From assembly GCA_964188305.1 (NCBI GenBank), contig OZ076893.1: 64,000 bases of DNA; one strand, given 5' to 3'. Positions 25,455-37,921 of the stretch are shown in pieces. Within the stretch, counting starts at the first letter, position 1, and each line of letters starts with the position of its first letter. Made by a program: the position numbers and the translations under genes. The notes under the pieces were generated by a model. It searched no databases. It was not told the DNA's origin and saw only the letters and a list, made by a program, of their open reading frames with translations. Origin of the DNA: Podarcis bocagei (lineage: Eukaryota).

Positions 25455-25640
25455 GTCCTCAGAATGCACTTTTGTTCTCCAAATAACTGCTGAGAGAGGG
25501 GACGAACTGTCTTATTGGGTAGCGGTCAAATGGTGAAGTTGCTTTGGTTTGGAGAGACGGATCCATTTCCTATCCCAACATACACTGCACAAATCTAATT
25601 GCTAGGGAGTTTGAATTAAAACAAAACACTTTTCTAACTT
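25455..25640 (+). other. ZHX2: Candidate ZHX2 non-coding terminal exon
   Basis: Strong acceptor ctttcctttgtttctag|G; ATTAAA at about 25615 followed by a U/GU-rich tract; no transcript evidence available. Confidence 0.3.
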
Positions 25641-25810
25641 TTTGCTTGTTTGTTGTAACTCAGTAAAACAAAGGCTTTAATGTTTTTGGTAAGCTTTTCC
25701 TCTTGTCTCTCTTTCTTTTTTTAAAATGCAACATCTTCCTCATGCTGCTAAGTAGCTTTAAATACAGCATAGCATGCCTGCTCTTGAATGCTGAGTGGCA
25801 GCTTAAAGAA

Positions 25811-26008
25811 AAAATAAAAAAATTCCTTCCTGTAGCACCTTAAAGACCAACTAAGTTAGTTCTTGGTATAAGCTTTCGTGTGCATGCACACTTCTTCAGA
25901 TACACGAAAGCTTATACCAAGAACTAACTTAGTTGGTCTTTAAGGTGCTACAGGAAGGAATTTTTTTATTTTGACTATGGCAGACCAACACGGCTACCTA
26001 TCTGTAGC
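25811..26008 (-). mobile_element. Penelope-like element pLTR relic in inverted arrangement, with a minimal hammerhead
   Basis: Perfect 71-bp inverted repeat 25811-25881/25902-25972; related copies at about 39040-39175 and 47420-47600. Confidence 0.7.
25866..25903 (-). ncRNA. Minimal type I hammerhead ribozyme motif (PLE-type)
   Basis: GUAU-CUGAAGA-A-GUGUG(CAUG)CACAC-GAA-AGCU-U-AUAC. Confidence 0.65.
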
Positions 26009-26805
26009 TTAAAGAAAGTTATCCGGGAAGAAGCAAGGCCTACTGTCATTCACAGCCATTATTTTGCCAGCCGGATTCAGAGACATTGAAATCCCTCTGC
26101 TATCATTCTCTATAGTCAGAGGGAAGAACCTTTTTTCCCCTCTCTCGGGCTTCCATTGCCTTGGGAGAAAATGGGCAGGGATGGAAAATGGATGTGCGCA
26201 CACCCTTAAAATAGACACACCCCACCCACACACCCCTCAAGTGCACAAACACCAAGTTTCCAATCGGATGATGAATGAGAAAGGACCAATTTTCACCCTC
26301 AGTCTAGCATGCAAGGAGGTCTCAACTTCGTCACCCAGCATGCAGCAAGCAGGGTGAAATTTAGGGTGCGGATTGGAGCTTGGACAGGTGATGAGGCCTG
26401 ACAGGCCAGAAGTTTCCCAGGCATGTTTTGCATCGTGGATGGGGACCCTCAGGCAAAAGGGCCAAATGGAGCCTTTCACTCCTGTCTGGCCCTATCTCTG
26501 GGTCATGTATTCTCCCCCTTGCCTTGCTTTGCAGCCTCTTGAGAGTCTCTGCCTGGTTAGAATATTTCCTTAAACACTGGTGCTTCTTGCTTGCCTGAAT
26601 GGAAGGTAGAGGAGCATGTGAAGAAACTAGCTTACTATAAGAAGGTACATCCTTCTTTTGCTCCTGCCCAGGATTGGGAGCGGGCACAAAAGGATGCTGA
26701 ATGGCACCTGTGGAAAGAATTCTATGGATACTGCCACATGTCCTCTCATCCATAGGCTTGGCACGAGGAAGGGTTTTTCTCACAGCCTACAGATGGAATA
26801 CAGAT

Positions 26806-27157
26806 GGGACACGGGTGGCGCTGTGGGTTAAACCACAGAGCCTAGGACTTGCCGATCAGAAGGTCAGCGGTTCGAATCCCCACGACGAGGTGAGCTCCCG
26901 TTGCTCGGTCCCTGCTCCTGCCAACCTAGTAGTTCGAAAGCACATCAAAGTGCAAGTAGATAAATAGGTACCACTCCGGTGGGAAGGTAAACGGTGTTTC
27001 CGTGCGCTGCTCTGGTTTGCCAGAAGCGGCTTAGTCATGCTGGCCACATGACCTGGAAGCTGTACGCCGGCTCCCTCGACCAGTAAAGCGAGATAAGCGC
27101 CACAACCCCAGAGTCGGTCACGACTGGACCTAATGGTCAGGGGTCCCTTTACCTTTA
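26806..27157 (+). mobile_element. Sauria SINE
   Basis: Full length, flanked by TACAGATGG duplications. Confidence 0.9.
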
Positions 27158-27470
27158 CAGATGGAGCAATGCCGGAATTGCTCAAAGATGGCCTTAGACA
27201 ATGCATCTTTTAATGACCCGATATTACTACTCGGCTACATAGGACGTTTTGCAAGGTTGACCAAGACACAATGTAGGAAGAGCTCCCTGAGAAGTTGGCA
27301 ACAATAATCTACTGCCCTGTGGGGAATTTTTACCGCTTTGTGAGAACAGCGGTATTCAATTTATGGCTGGGGGAGCACCTACAAAGCTCTCCTGCGGTTG
27401 CACAGTGAAGTCGAAGGCATGCAAAGCGGAAACAAATTCAGTGTCAGACAGGTTTCTAGAGTTTTACATC

Positions 27471-27476
27471 TTTAAT
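27471..27476 (-). terminator. Candidate distal DERL1 polyadenylation signal (ATTAAA)
   Basis: Upstream UGUA motifs and long U-tract; downstream U/G-rich sequence on the minus strand. Confidence 0.3.
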
Positions 27477-29326
27477 TTAAAACTTTGCCAAGAACCAAAA
27501 AAAAAAAAAAAAAAGGTTACAAAAAGAGAAATTATCTACAAAAAGAAGTACTCATTTCGTAACAGAAGCTGCCGGTGGCAGTTTGAGAGTGAGGAGGGAA
27601 AAGTGCTTCAGGTGAACAAAAACCAAAGTAGTGCGAAGTGCCCAAAATTGAGCTTCTAACATCCAGGAAAGGCACATGGTATTGATCTAGGATGGACACC
27701 AGGCTTGGATATGCACCAGTTGCATGTGGACGGCTAACATGCTAGTGAGAAGGCAGGCTAGAAGTCTTCCTGCTGTGTTCCCTATGTGCAGAGATGCAGG
27801 GACACATTCTGATAGCCAAATCCAGCTTTGAGAAGAACTGGTCTTCCACGAGACTAGACCACTGCAAAAATCAACATGGGCTCAGGGAGGAAAAGGAGAA
27901 TGTCACTGGCTTAGGTGTTCGCTAATCAAGCCACCCCTCACATGCACTGCAACATGGTACAATTGCTGTACCATATGCCCTTCCTGAATATCTGACTTTT
28001 GCTTTAAGATTATGGTGCAGACAGAAATTTCAGACACTGAATCTGCCCCCTTCTCTGCTCCTCTGGTGTGTTTTATACTTGTAAAAGGGGTGGAAATCAT
28101 TGCTCCGTTCAGGATGACCTAGCAGCTTCCTGCAGAACTAGGAGCTTGGGCTGGTAGGACAGCAATCCTCGTGGCTTAAGAGCCAAGCTACAGGTTCCCT
28201 TTAAAAACATGCTTGGTTCTTTGAGCATCAGCAACCACTGCAAGCAGATGAGGGGTGTTGCTTTTCCCTTTCTGCTGCCAGGGTTCAAGTGAGAAGCTGT
28301 GCAATGCAGGCTTAATAATGGTCCTTGTTGGCTACACAAGATTGGCAGGGCTGCTGCCATTCAGCATCGGGGGAATGGATCTGTTAAAACAGTGCAAGAG
28401 ATCTCTTAAATTAGAGCCATGCTAACCATTCAGAAGTAGTAGTATTTCCAACAGAGGCGGAGAACTGAATGAGTGGATTCCTCCACCTTCACAAAGACCC
28501 AAAAATATCCCTGGCTTTGGAATGCTAGCTTGCCAAGGAGCAATTATGAAAGCTATGGAAAGCTATTCTTACTCCCTCTTCCCCTTCATGGAGTACTTCC
28601 TACATAAGAACATATTAAGAGCTGCGATTTCCCACCTACATTATGAAGTTGGCTGCACCTCGGGCTTAAAATGGATGCGTTGATTAGCTCTATGATCAGT
28701 ATAGCTATGGGGTTGTAGCCAATTAGATTTGACTCAGAGTAGACTCATCAGAATTAATGGACCCAAATTAGTCATGTCTGTTCATGGATTTCACTTTGGT
28801 TGTAATCCAGTGTTCCATTCTACAAAATGGTCTTTGGGGGAAACTCAGCTTATTGTACAGACCAACCACAATACCTCACGCAATACAGAGACCAGTTTCT
28901 CCTAGAATGCAGAGAAGACAAAATCCCAATCCTTAGAAGTATTCACAATGAGATCCTGTTTTTAGAACCTGGGTTGGGGTAACATTCAAAATTTACACAG
29001 TAGGAAAAGAGAACAAGCAGCCTTGGGCAAAGAACTGCATACACAGCTGAAACTTTTGCTTTCTGGTTTCAGTACAACTGTTCCCACTGCTGAAGAGGCA
29101 AGCCTGGAGTGCAATGTTAAGAAGCTGCTTGACTCTTTGCCAATGGAACCTGTTGTGTGAATGAACAGCAAGCAAAGCTATACTGTCACCGTGCACATGG
29201 GGACAGCCAATTCACAAAACCACCAGGATTAATTCATGACAATATGCTGTAGGACTTTGGATTCCCACGTGCTACAAGCCAGAATTAATGACAAATACAT
29301 TATGGCCTTGGGGAAATGCCACCTTT

Positions 29327-29332
29327 TTTATT
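29327..29332 (-). terminator. Candidate proximal DERL1 polyadenylation signal (AATAAA)
   Basis: TTTGTAATAAAAAAG on the minus strand about 1.9 kb after the stop, with upstream UGUA. Confidence 0.35.
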
Positions 29333-29906
29333 ACAAATATGTATTTTTAAATCAAGCAAGAGCCACCGGAAGGTTTATTACCATGAGGACACTGCTAAAT
29401 GATTTCTTAATCTATACGTTTTTCCACTATCAAGACACATAATTGCAAGGTTTCTGTTTTCCTCAATGAAGACTGCCGCAAAATCTGGTGAAAATATCGC
29501 TCTCTCGCCAACCCCACCCCAGTTGAGTAGACAAATATACACAGAGCAAGGATAGACAACACAATGCCCTCCAAATGCAGTTGGCCCTGATGAGGGGCCA
29601 ACAACATCTTGAGGGTGCCCCATTGGCACCCCTTTGATGCATGGAGAAATATCAGTAGCAACTGCAACCCAAAGCATTCATAATCACTTCTACAGCACTT
29701 TCCATGTTTGCAGTGCTATGGAAAGAGTGCCTACTTTGCGCAGCTGGGTGAAATGTTTTGCAGTCCCATTTTGCAGGTGGGAACACAAGTAAGCACAACC
29801 TGGTGTGGTTTGCTTGGGGATGGGGGAGAGAGGAGGAGGAAGAGGAACGAACCAGCGGATTGGGAGGGCAAGGTTAGGTCTGCTTTCTCCTCCCTCTATC
29901 CAAATA

Positions 29907-30164
29907 CCGTATTTTTCGCTCTATAAGACGCACCAGACCACAAGACGCACCTAGTTTTTGGAGGAGGAAAACAAGAAAAAAATATTCTGAATCTCAGAAG
30001 CCAGAACAGCAAGAGAGATCACTGCACAGTGAAAGCAGCAATCCCTCTTGCTGTTCTGGCTTCTGTGATAGCTGCGCAGTCTGCATTCGCTCCATAAGAC
30101 GCACACACATTTCCCCTTACTTTTTAGGAGAGAAAAAGTGAGTCTTATAGAGCAAAAAATACGG
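29907..30164. mobile_element. Tc1/mariner-type MITE (CCGTATTTTT TIR) in the DERL1 3' region; partial copy at 53646-53800
   Basis: TA|CCGTATTTTTCGCTCTATAAGAC...GTCTTATAGAGCAAAAAATACGG|TA. Confidence 0.8.
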
Positions 30165-31211
30165 TATCTCCAGTGTCACCCCACATAAAACAGTCATCAG
30201 TCGTTTGATACCCATTACTCGTATTATAATTGAGTAGCTTAACTTGCAATGAAGGTTACTACTGAACATTCGCAGGTACCCAAATTTTCTTCCAGGATGA
30301 GAAATGTTGAAGCACCGGTTGGTCGGGAGTCTTGTTTGAAAACACAAAATAATTTTTGCTAACTCTCCAACTTTGTTTTTCACGGCTTGCCTTCCCCTTT
30401 ACAAGATACAAACCCAAGCATGATTGCCTTACAGATTCCAAAGAACTGAGTTTTGTCTCAGTCCTATGCATGTTATTTACTCAGAAGTAAGCCCCACCAA
30501 GTGAGTGTGTGCACAGGACTGGCATTAAAGTGCCCCCAATCTACAGCTGAAGAGGCAGAGGCATTTAGATGGCCGCAGCAAAAATTTCCCAAGAGAGCTA
30601 GCGCTCTGCCTCAGTGGCCTAGGTTCGCATCTCCTCCAGTCAAAACACATATCTGATGCCTTACACAGGAAATTTTAGGCTCTGATCCTGCTAAATAAAT
30701 ACCAACATAGTTATCAATACCCGAAGAGCTCCTGCTAGTTAGTATTACAGCAAACTCTGAAGTAACCCTTTTTACCACCACTTACTGTGTTGGACAATTC
30801 TCTGACCCAAGGAGTAGATTCTTACTGGACTGTAGGGCTCTTACGCAAAGAAAGGCGTGAAATTCAGATGCAACAACATAAAATTCACCTGAGGAGAGGT
30901 TGGTAAAAGAAAATACACTGTGCTAGACAATATTAAAAATATGTGTTCTTTTTTTTTTTTTAATGGCAGCACTGAGTTGAGCACTATTCAACAGCCTGGA
31001 GTAAAATCTATCTTGTGCCTTCCGTTGGGTCATCTTCCACCAGGAACGAAAAGAAAAAGTTAAGATTTCTTAATGGGCCAGACCCAATTGCCCTCGAGCA
31101 AACCCAGTTCTTGATTACACTCCTCAGTAGGAGCCATTCCCGTGAATGGTTGAAGATGTCCCGCACACACAAAAAGGAAAAAAAGAAGAAGAGAAAAAGC
31201 AGGAAGTTCTT

Positions 31212-31350
31212 TCACTGATCGCCCAGCCGGAAACCCTGGCCCCAGTTGTGTCTCCCTTCGCCCTGGCGGTTCTCTGCAGGCCTGCGCATGCTGGCGGGGG
31301 GCACCCCAAATCCAGAGACTCCTCCTCTCCTGTTCGGCAGCCAGTGGTAC
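31212..31350 (-). CDS. DERL1: DERL1 exon 8, coding part ([10 protein letters not shown]...GQGFRLGDQ*)
   Basis: Acceptor at 31351-2; TGA at 31212-4. Confidence 0.94.
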
Positions 31351-34300
31351 CTGGGGGCCAAGCAAAAGAGCCGTTCAAATATGCCTGGTCTTTCTGAAAT
31401 CAGGACTAGTTCCAGCTTTGTGGCATTCTGCGTGTAGAATCTACACAGTAAGAGCTATAAGCTGGCCAAACAGCAAAATGATTGGATGACATATGGCTAA
31501 GATACTGTTCAATCCCACCCTGCCCCTTTGAGCGCAGTTTTAACCTAATTGGGACTGTTTTGGCAGACCCCCTAACAAGTCTGAAGTTCTTTTGTCAGTT
31601 TTCATTCTTTCACTCAGATCTCAAAAGCATTGCCCTTCCTAGCTTAGTGGGAGGGAAAGCATTGCATATTAATACATTAAAAGTAAAGAAACACCATTTA
31701 CCCTCCCGCCGGAGCAGTACCTATTTATCTACTTGCACTTTGACGTGCTTTTGAACTGCTAGGTTGGCAGGAGCAAGGACCAAGCAACAGGAGCGCACCC
31801 CGTCGCAGGGATTCGAACCACCAACCTTCTGATCAGCAAGTCCTAGGCTCTGTGGTTTAACCCACAGCGCCACTTGCGTCCCTTATTGATACATTAAGAA
31901 GTGTTAAATGCCCGAGTTTAAAAATGGACGATCTGTCACATTTGGCAGCAACTGCAAATGTGTGACCTATGGGTTCCAGGAAGTGCTAGGCAGCTCTCTT
32001 AAGAGATACAGCAATTATTTCTCTCCTCGAAACAGTGTGGATGTATCCCACTCTTTGGCTTTGAACTGGGATAGAACCAATATGTTTTCTGAGAGAGAGA
32101 GAGATTGTGAGTATGTGTGCTTGCATCAAGGACTGGACAATATCTGGTTTTCAGCATTGTGATATATCAACAGCTAAATATTGGTATATGCTGATATATC
32201 GCGATGTCTGAAATGTATCTCTGCTGCTGCTTCCTCCCCACGTTAATTCAGAAAGACATTTTTGAGTAAGCATGTGTAAGCCAGTTTAAGTTGAATTGCT
32301 TGTTTTCAAACTTCATTTTACAAGTCTATTGTCATCTTCCCCCTTCCTCCTCTTCGATTCATGGCTTCTAAAAGTTTCAGTTGAAAAGCTTTCCTTATTC
32401 GTTTCGCTGTCAGAGATGCATGCTCTGATAAATGTGGAAGACCCCATCATAGATCCAGCAAACTGGAAAAGCTTGCTTGGGTCACCTAAATTCTCTAGTT
32501 ATCACTGTTATAAACCCTTTTTTTCAAATAAGATAACTCAAATGTTTCCTAATAAGCAACCTGATTTTCCTTTTAAAAACAGAGAAAACCTTTTAAAACA
32601 ACTTACAGGAACTGAGGCGTTGATAGGAAATTTCTTCCTCCCAAGTCTATTGGATATTTAAACATTAAGAAAAAGTAGAGGTGGCCAACCAGGTTGCCAA
32701 TCAGCTCATTGATGATACTGCAGGGAGAAGAGAATGGGATCAACGTTTAACAATTCTGTAGTAAAGCATTTTCTGCTGCCGACTAAGCTGGGGCTAGAGG
32801 AAAGGGCAGCTTTGGGCTCCTATCCCTAAGAGGAGGAGGAGGAGGAGTTTGGATTTGATATCCCGCTTTATCACTACCCGAAGGAGTCTCAAAGCGGCTA
32901 ACAATGTCCTTTCCCTTTCTCCCCTACAACAAACACTCTGTGAGGTGAGTTGGGCTGAAAGACTTCAGAGAAGTGTGTCTAGCCCAAGGTCACTCAGCAG
33001 CAGCATGTGGAGGAGCGGGGAAGCGAACCCGGTTCACCAGATTACGAGTCCACCGCTCTTAACCACTGAACCACGCTGACTCTCCTGTATAGCAGCAAAA
33101 TACTCCTACATTGCTATACTCCTGTATAGCAGCAAAAAATGTACCATACAAAGCCACAACTCCTAGCAATTGCCATGCTCAAAGGACAGGCTAAAAAATA
33201 AGGCAGATGGAAGAGTCAATCGGGCACAGGAAGTTCTTTTCCTTCCCGCATTCACCTTTTCTTTCAGAGAGGGAAGGACACAGGAGCCTGCTGCTCATGC
33301 AGGAGCAACTGCAGCTTGAGCAGGGCTGGTACTATGGCTGGGACCTTTCGCCATGGAAATTGCTCACTGAGAAACCCGCCAGTGAAGATCTGGAGGTTAG
33401 GTCAGTGGAAGAGCTAGGCAATGCAAGGGAAAGGGTGTCTCCTTGCCACTGCAAAAAAAGGCTACTGCATTCACACACATTCCTCTTAATTATCCAGATG
33501 TTTCAGATGTCCTTAGGGGTATGGAAGTAAGCCACATGTTACTGTAAGGACTGTATTTACTGTAATACAAAACGGGTATTTGGGAATACTTACGAGCCTC
33601 CAATGATATAGTTGAATCCCAGGATAACCCACGGTAGATAGCATGCCTAGGACAACAAGAGCACATGCAAACTTGCTGTGAGCAAGGAAACTGAAGAGCG
33701 CAATTTAGTCTCCACCTCCTTCAGAATTCTCCAAATACAAGTCCCTGACAGAAATATAGCTAGCTAAATACATTATTGAGCATTTAATGTACAGGGGTTG
33801 CATCCAATGTTGATGTTCTACTTGGGCAAGACTTCCACTTGCACAACAGAGCTCATCTCTGAAGCCCACTGCAAACCCTGAAAATCTGCTCCAGAGGGTC
33901 GGGGTCCATTTTGCAGCATATTTGTACCCCGCCCATCTGGCTGGGTTTCCCCAGCCACTCTGGGTGGCTTCCAACAAAGATTAAAAATACATTAAAACAT
34001 CACACATTAAAAACTTCCCTGAACAGGGCTGCCTTCAGATGTCTTCTGAATGTTAGGTAGTTGTTTATCTCTTTGACATCTGATGGGAGGGCGTTCCACA
34101 GGGTGGGTGCCACTACCAAGAAGGCCCTCTGCCTGGTTCCCTGTAACTTGGCTTCTCGCAATGAGGGAACCGCCAGAAGGCCCTCAGCGCTGGACCTCAG
34201 CGTCTGGGCAGAACAATGGGAGTGAAGACGCTCCTTCAGGTATACTGGGCCGAGGTCATTTAGGGATTTAAAGGTCAAGACCGGTGTTATGTGGTCTCGG

Positions 34301-36325
34301 CGGCCGCTCCCAGTCTAGCTGATATAGACGTTCCCCCCCCCAAAAAAAAATATGGAGGTTTTGCTCTACCTAGTCGGTGACATGTAATTCACATTTTAGA
34401 AGTACAGTACCTCTCCCTGGGTTGCAACATGCTATCAGGACACCCAAGTTGCAGTTAAATCCCCTTCAGCTTTTTTGCTCCATCCCTTGCCTCTGCTGGC
34501 ATAAAATCTCTCTCCCGACTCTGCCTTTCCCTCCCATCCTGCACTGCCTTTGCCAATATCTTCCTTGTCTGTACACCTCCTCATTGCATACCAGACAAGG
34601 ATGACAAATCCCCTTCTCCAATCCTAACATTCCATGATAGCATAGCCCCCACAACTACGTATCTGGCAGCCAAGAGAAAGCATGGTGATCTGACATGAGG
34701 TGGCTAGTAGCATCAGGGAGGTGGGTAGAGGTCAAGGAGCTCTGCTACAAGCCCCTGCCTGGCTGCAGCATCACAAGGTGTTTCTAGAGCATACAATGTG
34801 GTATAAAGACATTGCCATCTCACACATGGGTCTACGTCTCTTGTGGCCAAGGCACATGATATCAACTCCGAGGCTACCCTGCAGAAAGGCTTGGAAGTGA
34901 AACACCTTTAGCAGCAAAAGAGCTCCTCTGATGCCAGTATCCCTTTAAGAATCTGGAAGGGACAAGTAGTCACAGGGGGGAACTGTCTCCCTTCCTCAAT
35001 GAGCGAGCAGTTCCTTTGATATGGGCAGAAGGCTTGAGGAAAGGGGAAAGCCCTTTGGCCTTACCTTAAACCGTGTCCCAAACCAAAATGTCACTATCAT
35101 GTCTCTGTTCAGCTGGGCCCAAACGTAAAGTACAGACATGATCAAGGGAATCATCAGCAGCTACAAGGGAAGCAAGAGAATGAAGAGACAAAAAGATTGA
35201 GATTTGGTACAGGAGACCTAAGCAACTGCAGAATGCTCAGAATAAAAAGAAACGCAGAGGCCTGTTTAGTGTTCTCTCCAATTTGCACGTAACTTCAAAC
35301 CTGGATTTAGTATTATGGAAACAAGACTCTGGCGCGTGTCTCCTCCCCACTCCTGACATGGTTGCACAGGGGAGATTGAAATCTCTGCCTTCTGTTTTTG
35401 ATTAACTGCAGCATGTCACTTGAATTTGAGAAGTGGTTATAACCTTGAGTTGTTATCACTAACTATAGTTACAATTATCCATAGCTTAGAGTTCATCCAA
35501 CACACTAAGCTGTGGTTCATATAAAACAGATGAAGAAGTTTCTGATATTCTAACAGCTGTGCCAGAGCAAGCAGGAGAGAGAGCACAGAAACCCAAAGCT
35601 TGCTGTGGCTCTTTCATGGATGCTTGCCACAGAGAGGTCTCTCCACACCTGACAGCACGTCGTCATTAAGAAAATGTTTTGGAAAGGCATTTTTCCTCTT
35701 TGCCCCAGGCTCCCTAATTTAAGATCCGCCAAGCAGAAAGCAGCCTATCACCAGACAGGACAGCATGCCGGGGCGTGAGAAATCTGGTTTTGCTGCCTGT
35801 CCCAGATAGCAAATACAAAGGCCTGTTGTCAAGATCAGTCAAACCACAATACGTGGCTTGTGGGCTGCCTTCAGCTTAGTGGGTCACAAATGATGAAGGT
35901 TTGGTGCACAAAGACTTGCTTCCTAGCCTTGTTTATTCCTAGAATTAAGTCCCACGGATTTGCCGCCATCTCACCAAGTGTATTTTCCATGGAAATATAC
36001 CTCGGATCGCAGCCCTCGAGATTACAGGAGTCTGCTCAAATTATAGAAATAAAAATAGACTTTAAAATTAAGTCCAGCTATCCCCTCCTTATTCTGCACT
36101 GACAGAACTGAGCACTAACAGGAGGCTTGCAGGTTTTTAGGCCTCCTTATTCATAACATCCATATTGGTTCTTGCGTAATGAGTTCCATCGCAAGAAAAA
36201 AGATGTTGATTTACTTTCAACAAGATCTTTTTAAAAAGCTAATGTGACTGAGAGATGTGATTGTGCAATTGGCAAGGACAGTTTGACAGAGGTGTCAGCA
36301 CCAGGCTTGCTTAATTACCTGAAAG

Positions 36326-36369
<44 letters not shown>

Positions 36370-37886
36370 TTAGACAATGAAGGCTGACTGGCTATTTTAG
36401 ATGCAAAGTTAAATACGGTTCTTCTCTGCAGTGCAAAATGATGCATGCATTTGGGAGAACTGGGCACGAGTGGCTTAGAAGGACCTGAAATGGAAACCCT
36501 CAGAGAGCGCGGGGAGAGGTTGGGCCCCATGCAGCTGGCGAGGAGTTCATGGATACGCTCCCAAGAAGTGCTCTTATGAAACTCCCAGGAAATGTTTCAG
36601 CCTCAAAGTCTCACAGTGGAAACGTAATCAAAAGCAGGAATGCACACCTCTCCCTCTTTCTGGAAATCAAAAGGTCTTATAGCTCCTAGAGCCCAAATAT
36701 GGGATTCTGAGTTTGAGAAGAACAGGGTGCAGTTGGAAACTCTGCCTGAAGCTCCAGGCGCGTCTCGGAAGTTCTCCTTCCTACAAAGGGCAAAGGCTTT
36801 ATGGCAGCTTCAGCTGAAAAGGAATGCACCTACGGCACACTTACTGTTGACATTGGTAAGACTGCTTATCACCTGCATAGAATGCATTCAAGGGGTATGA
36901 TGTGGTTTAGCATCATTACACCAGCGATGGAAAACTGGCAGTTTCCACATATTGCTGGACTCCCCAACTCCCATCAGTCACAGTCAGCACAGGCAATGAT
37001 CAGGGACAATGCGGGTTGTAGTCATCTGGGTGGTCAGAGGTTCCCAACCCTACCTTACATGAATAAGCCTTAAGCCTGTGTAATTTCTCCTTCCAAAGCA
37101 TGCCTGTGAGAAGATCAGAAGCCCTGGCCCCTATTTTCAACGTCCAATGCCTAATCTGCGGTCAGCTTCCTAAACCTGCTTCTTTCGGCCACACCACAGA
37201 GAAAGCACAATACAGTGGTGCCTCGCAAGACGAAATTAATTCGTTCCGCAAGTTTTTTCTTCTTGCAAGTTTTTCGTCTTGCGAAGCATGGTTTCCCATA
37301 GGAATGCATTGAAAATCAATCAATGCGTTCCTATGGAGACCGTCCGGGGACAGAGGGGAAGCGCCGCTCTGTCCCCTCTTTTGAAGCAAGGGGCTGCGGG
37401 GAGAAGATCGCTTCTCCCCGCCGCCCCTTGCTTCAAAAGAGGTCCGGGGACAGCGGGGAAGACGCGCTGCGCTTCCCGCTGTCCCCGGAGCTTGCGGGGC
37501 AAGCTTCGTTTTGCGAAGCAAGCCCATAGGGAAATTCGTCTTGCGAGGCAACTCGAAAACGAAAAAACCTTTCGTTTTGCAAGTTTTTCGTCTCGCGAGG
37601 CGTTCGTCTTGCGGGGCACCACTGTACACCCTGTGTGGACACGATGCAAAATTGCAGTTAGATAAGAACAGAAGGGAAAGCTTCCAATCTCTCCTCCTTG
37701 CAGCTGCGTGAGAGGAGCAGGGGAGCCGAAGAGACACATCCACAAAACAGTATCGACTAATGTAAAATTTACCTTTGCACAGTAGACAAAACACCCACCC
37801 ACACCCCTTTCTCTGTCCTCCAGGCAAACATGAAACATTATCCGTGTTCAAGGGCACCTTTCAATGCAAAGCAAGACCAATCGTGT

Positions 37887-37921
<35 letters not shown>

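Noticed and set aside
37162-37857. 231-aa and 172-aa ORFs
   Set aside because: Translations of a GC-rich palindromic MITE
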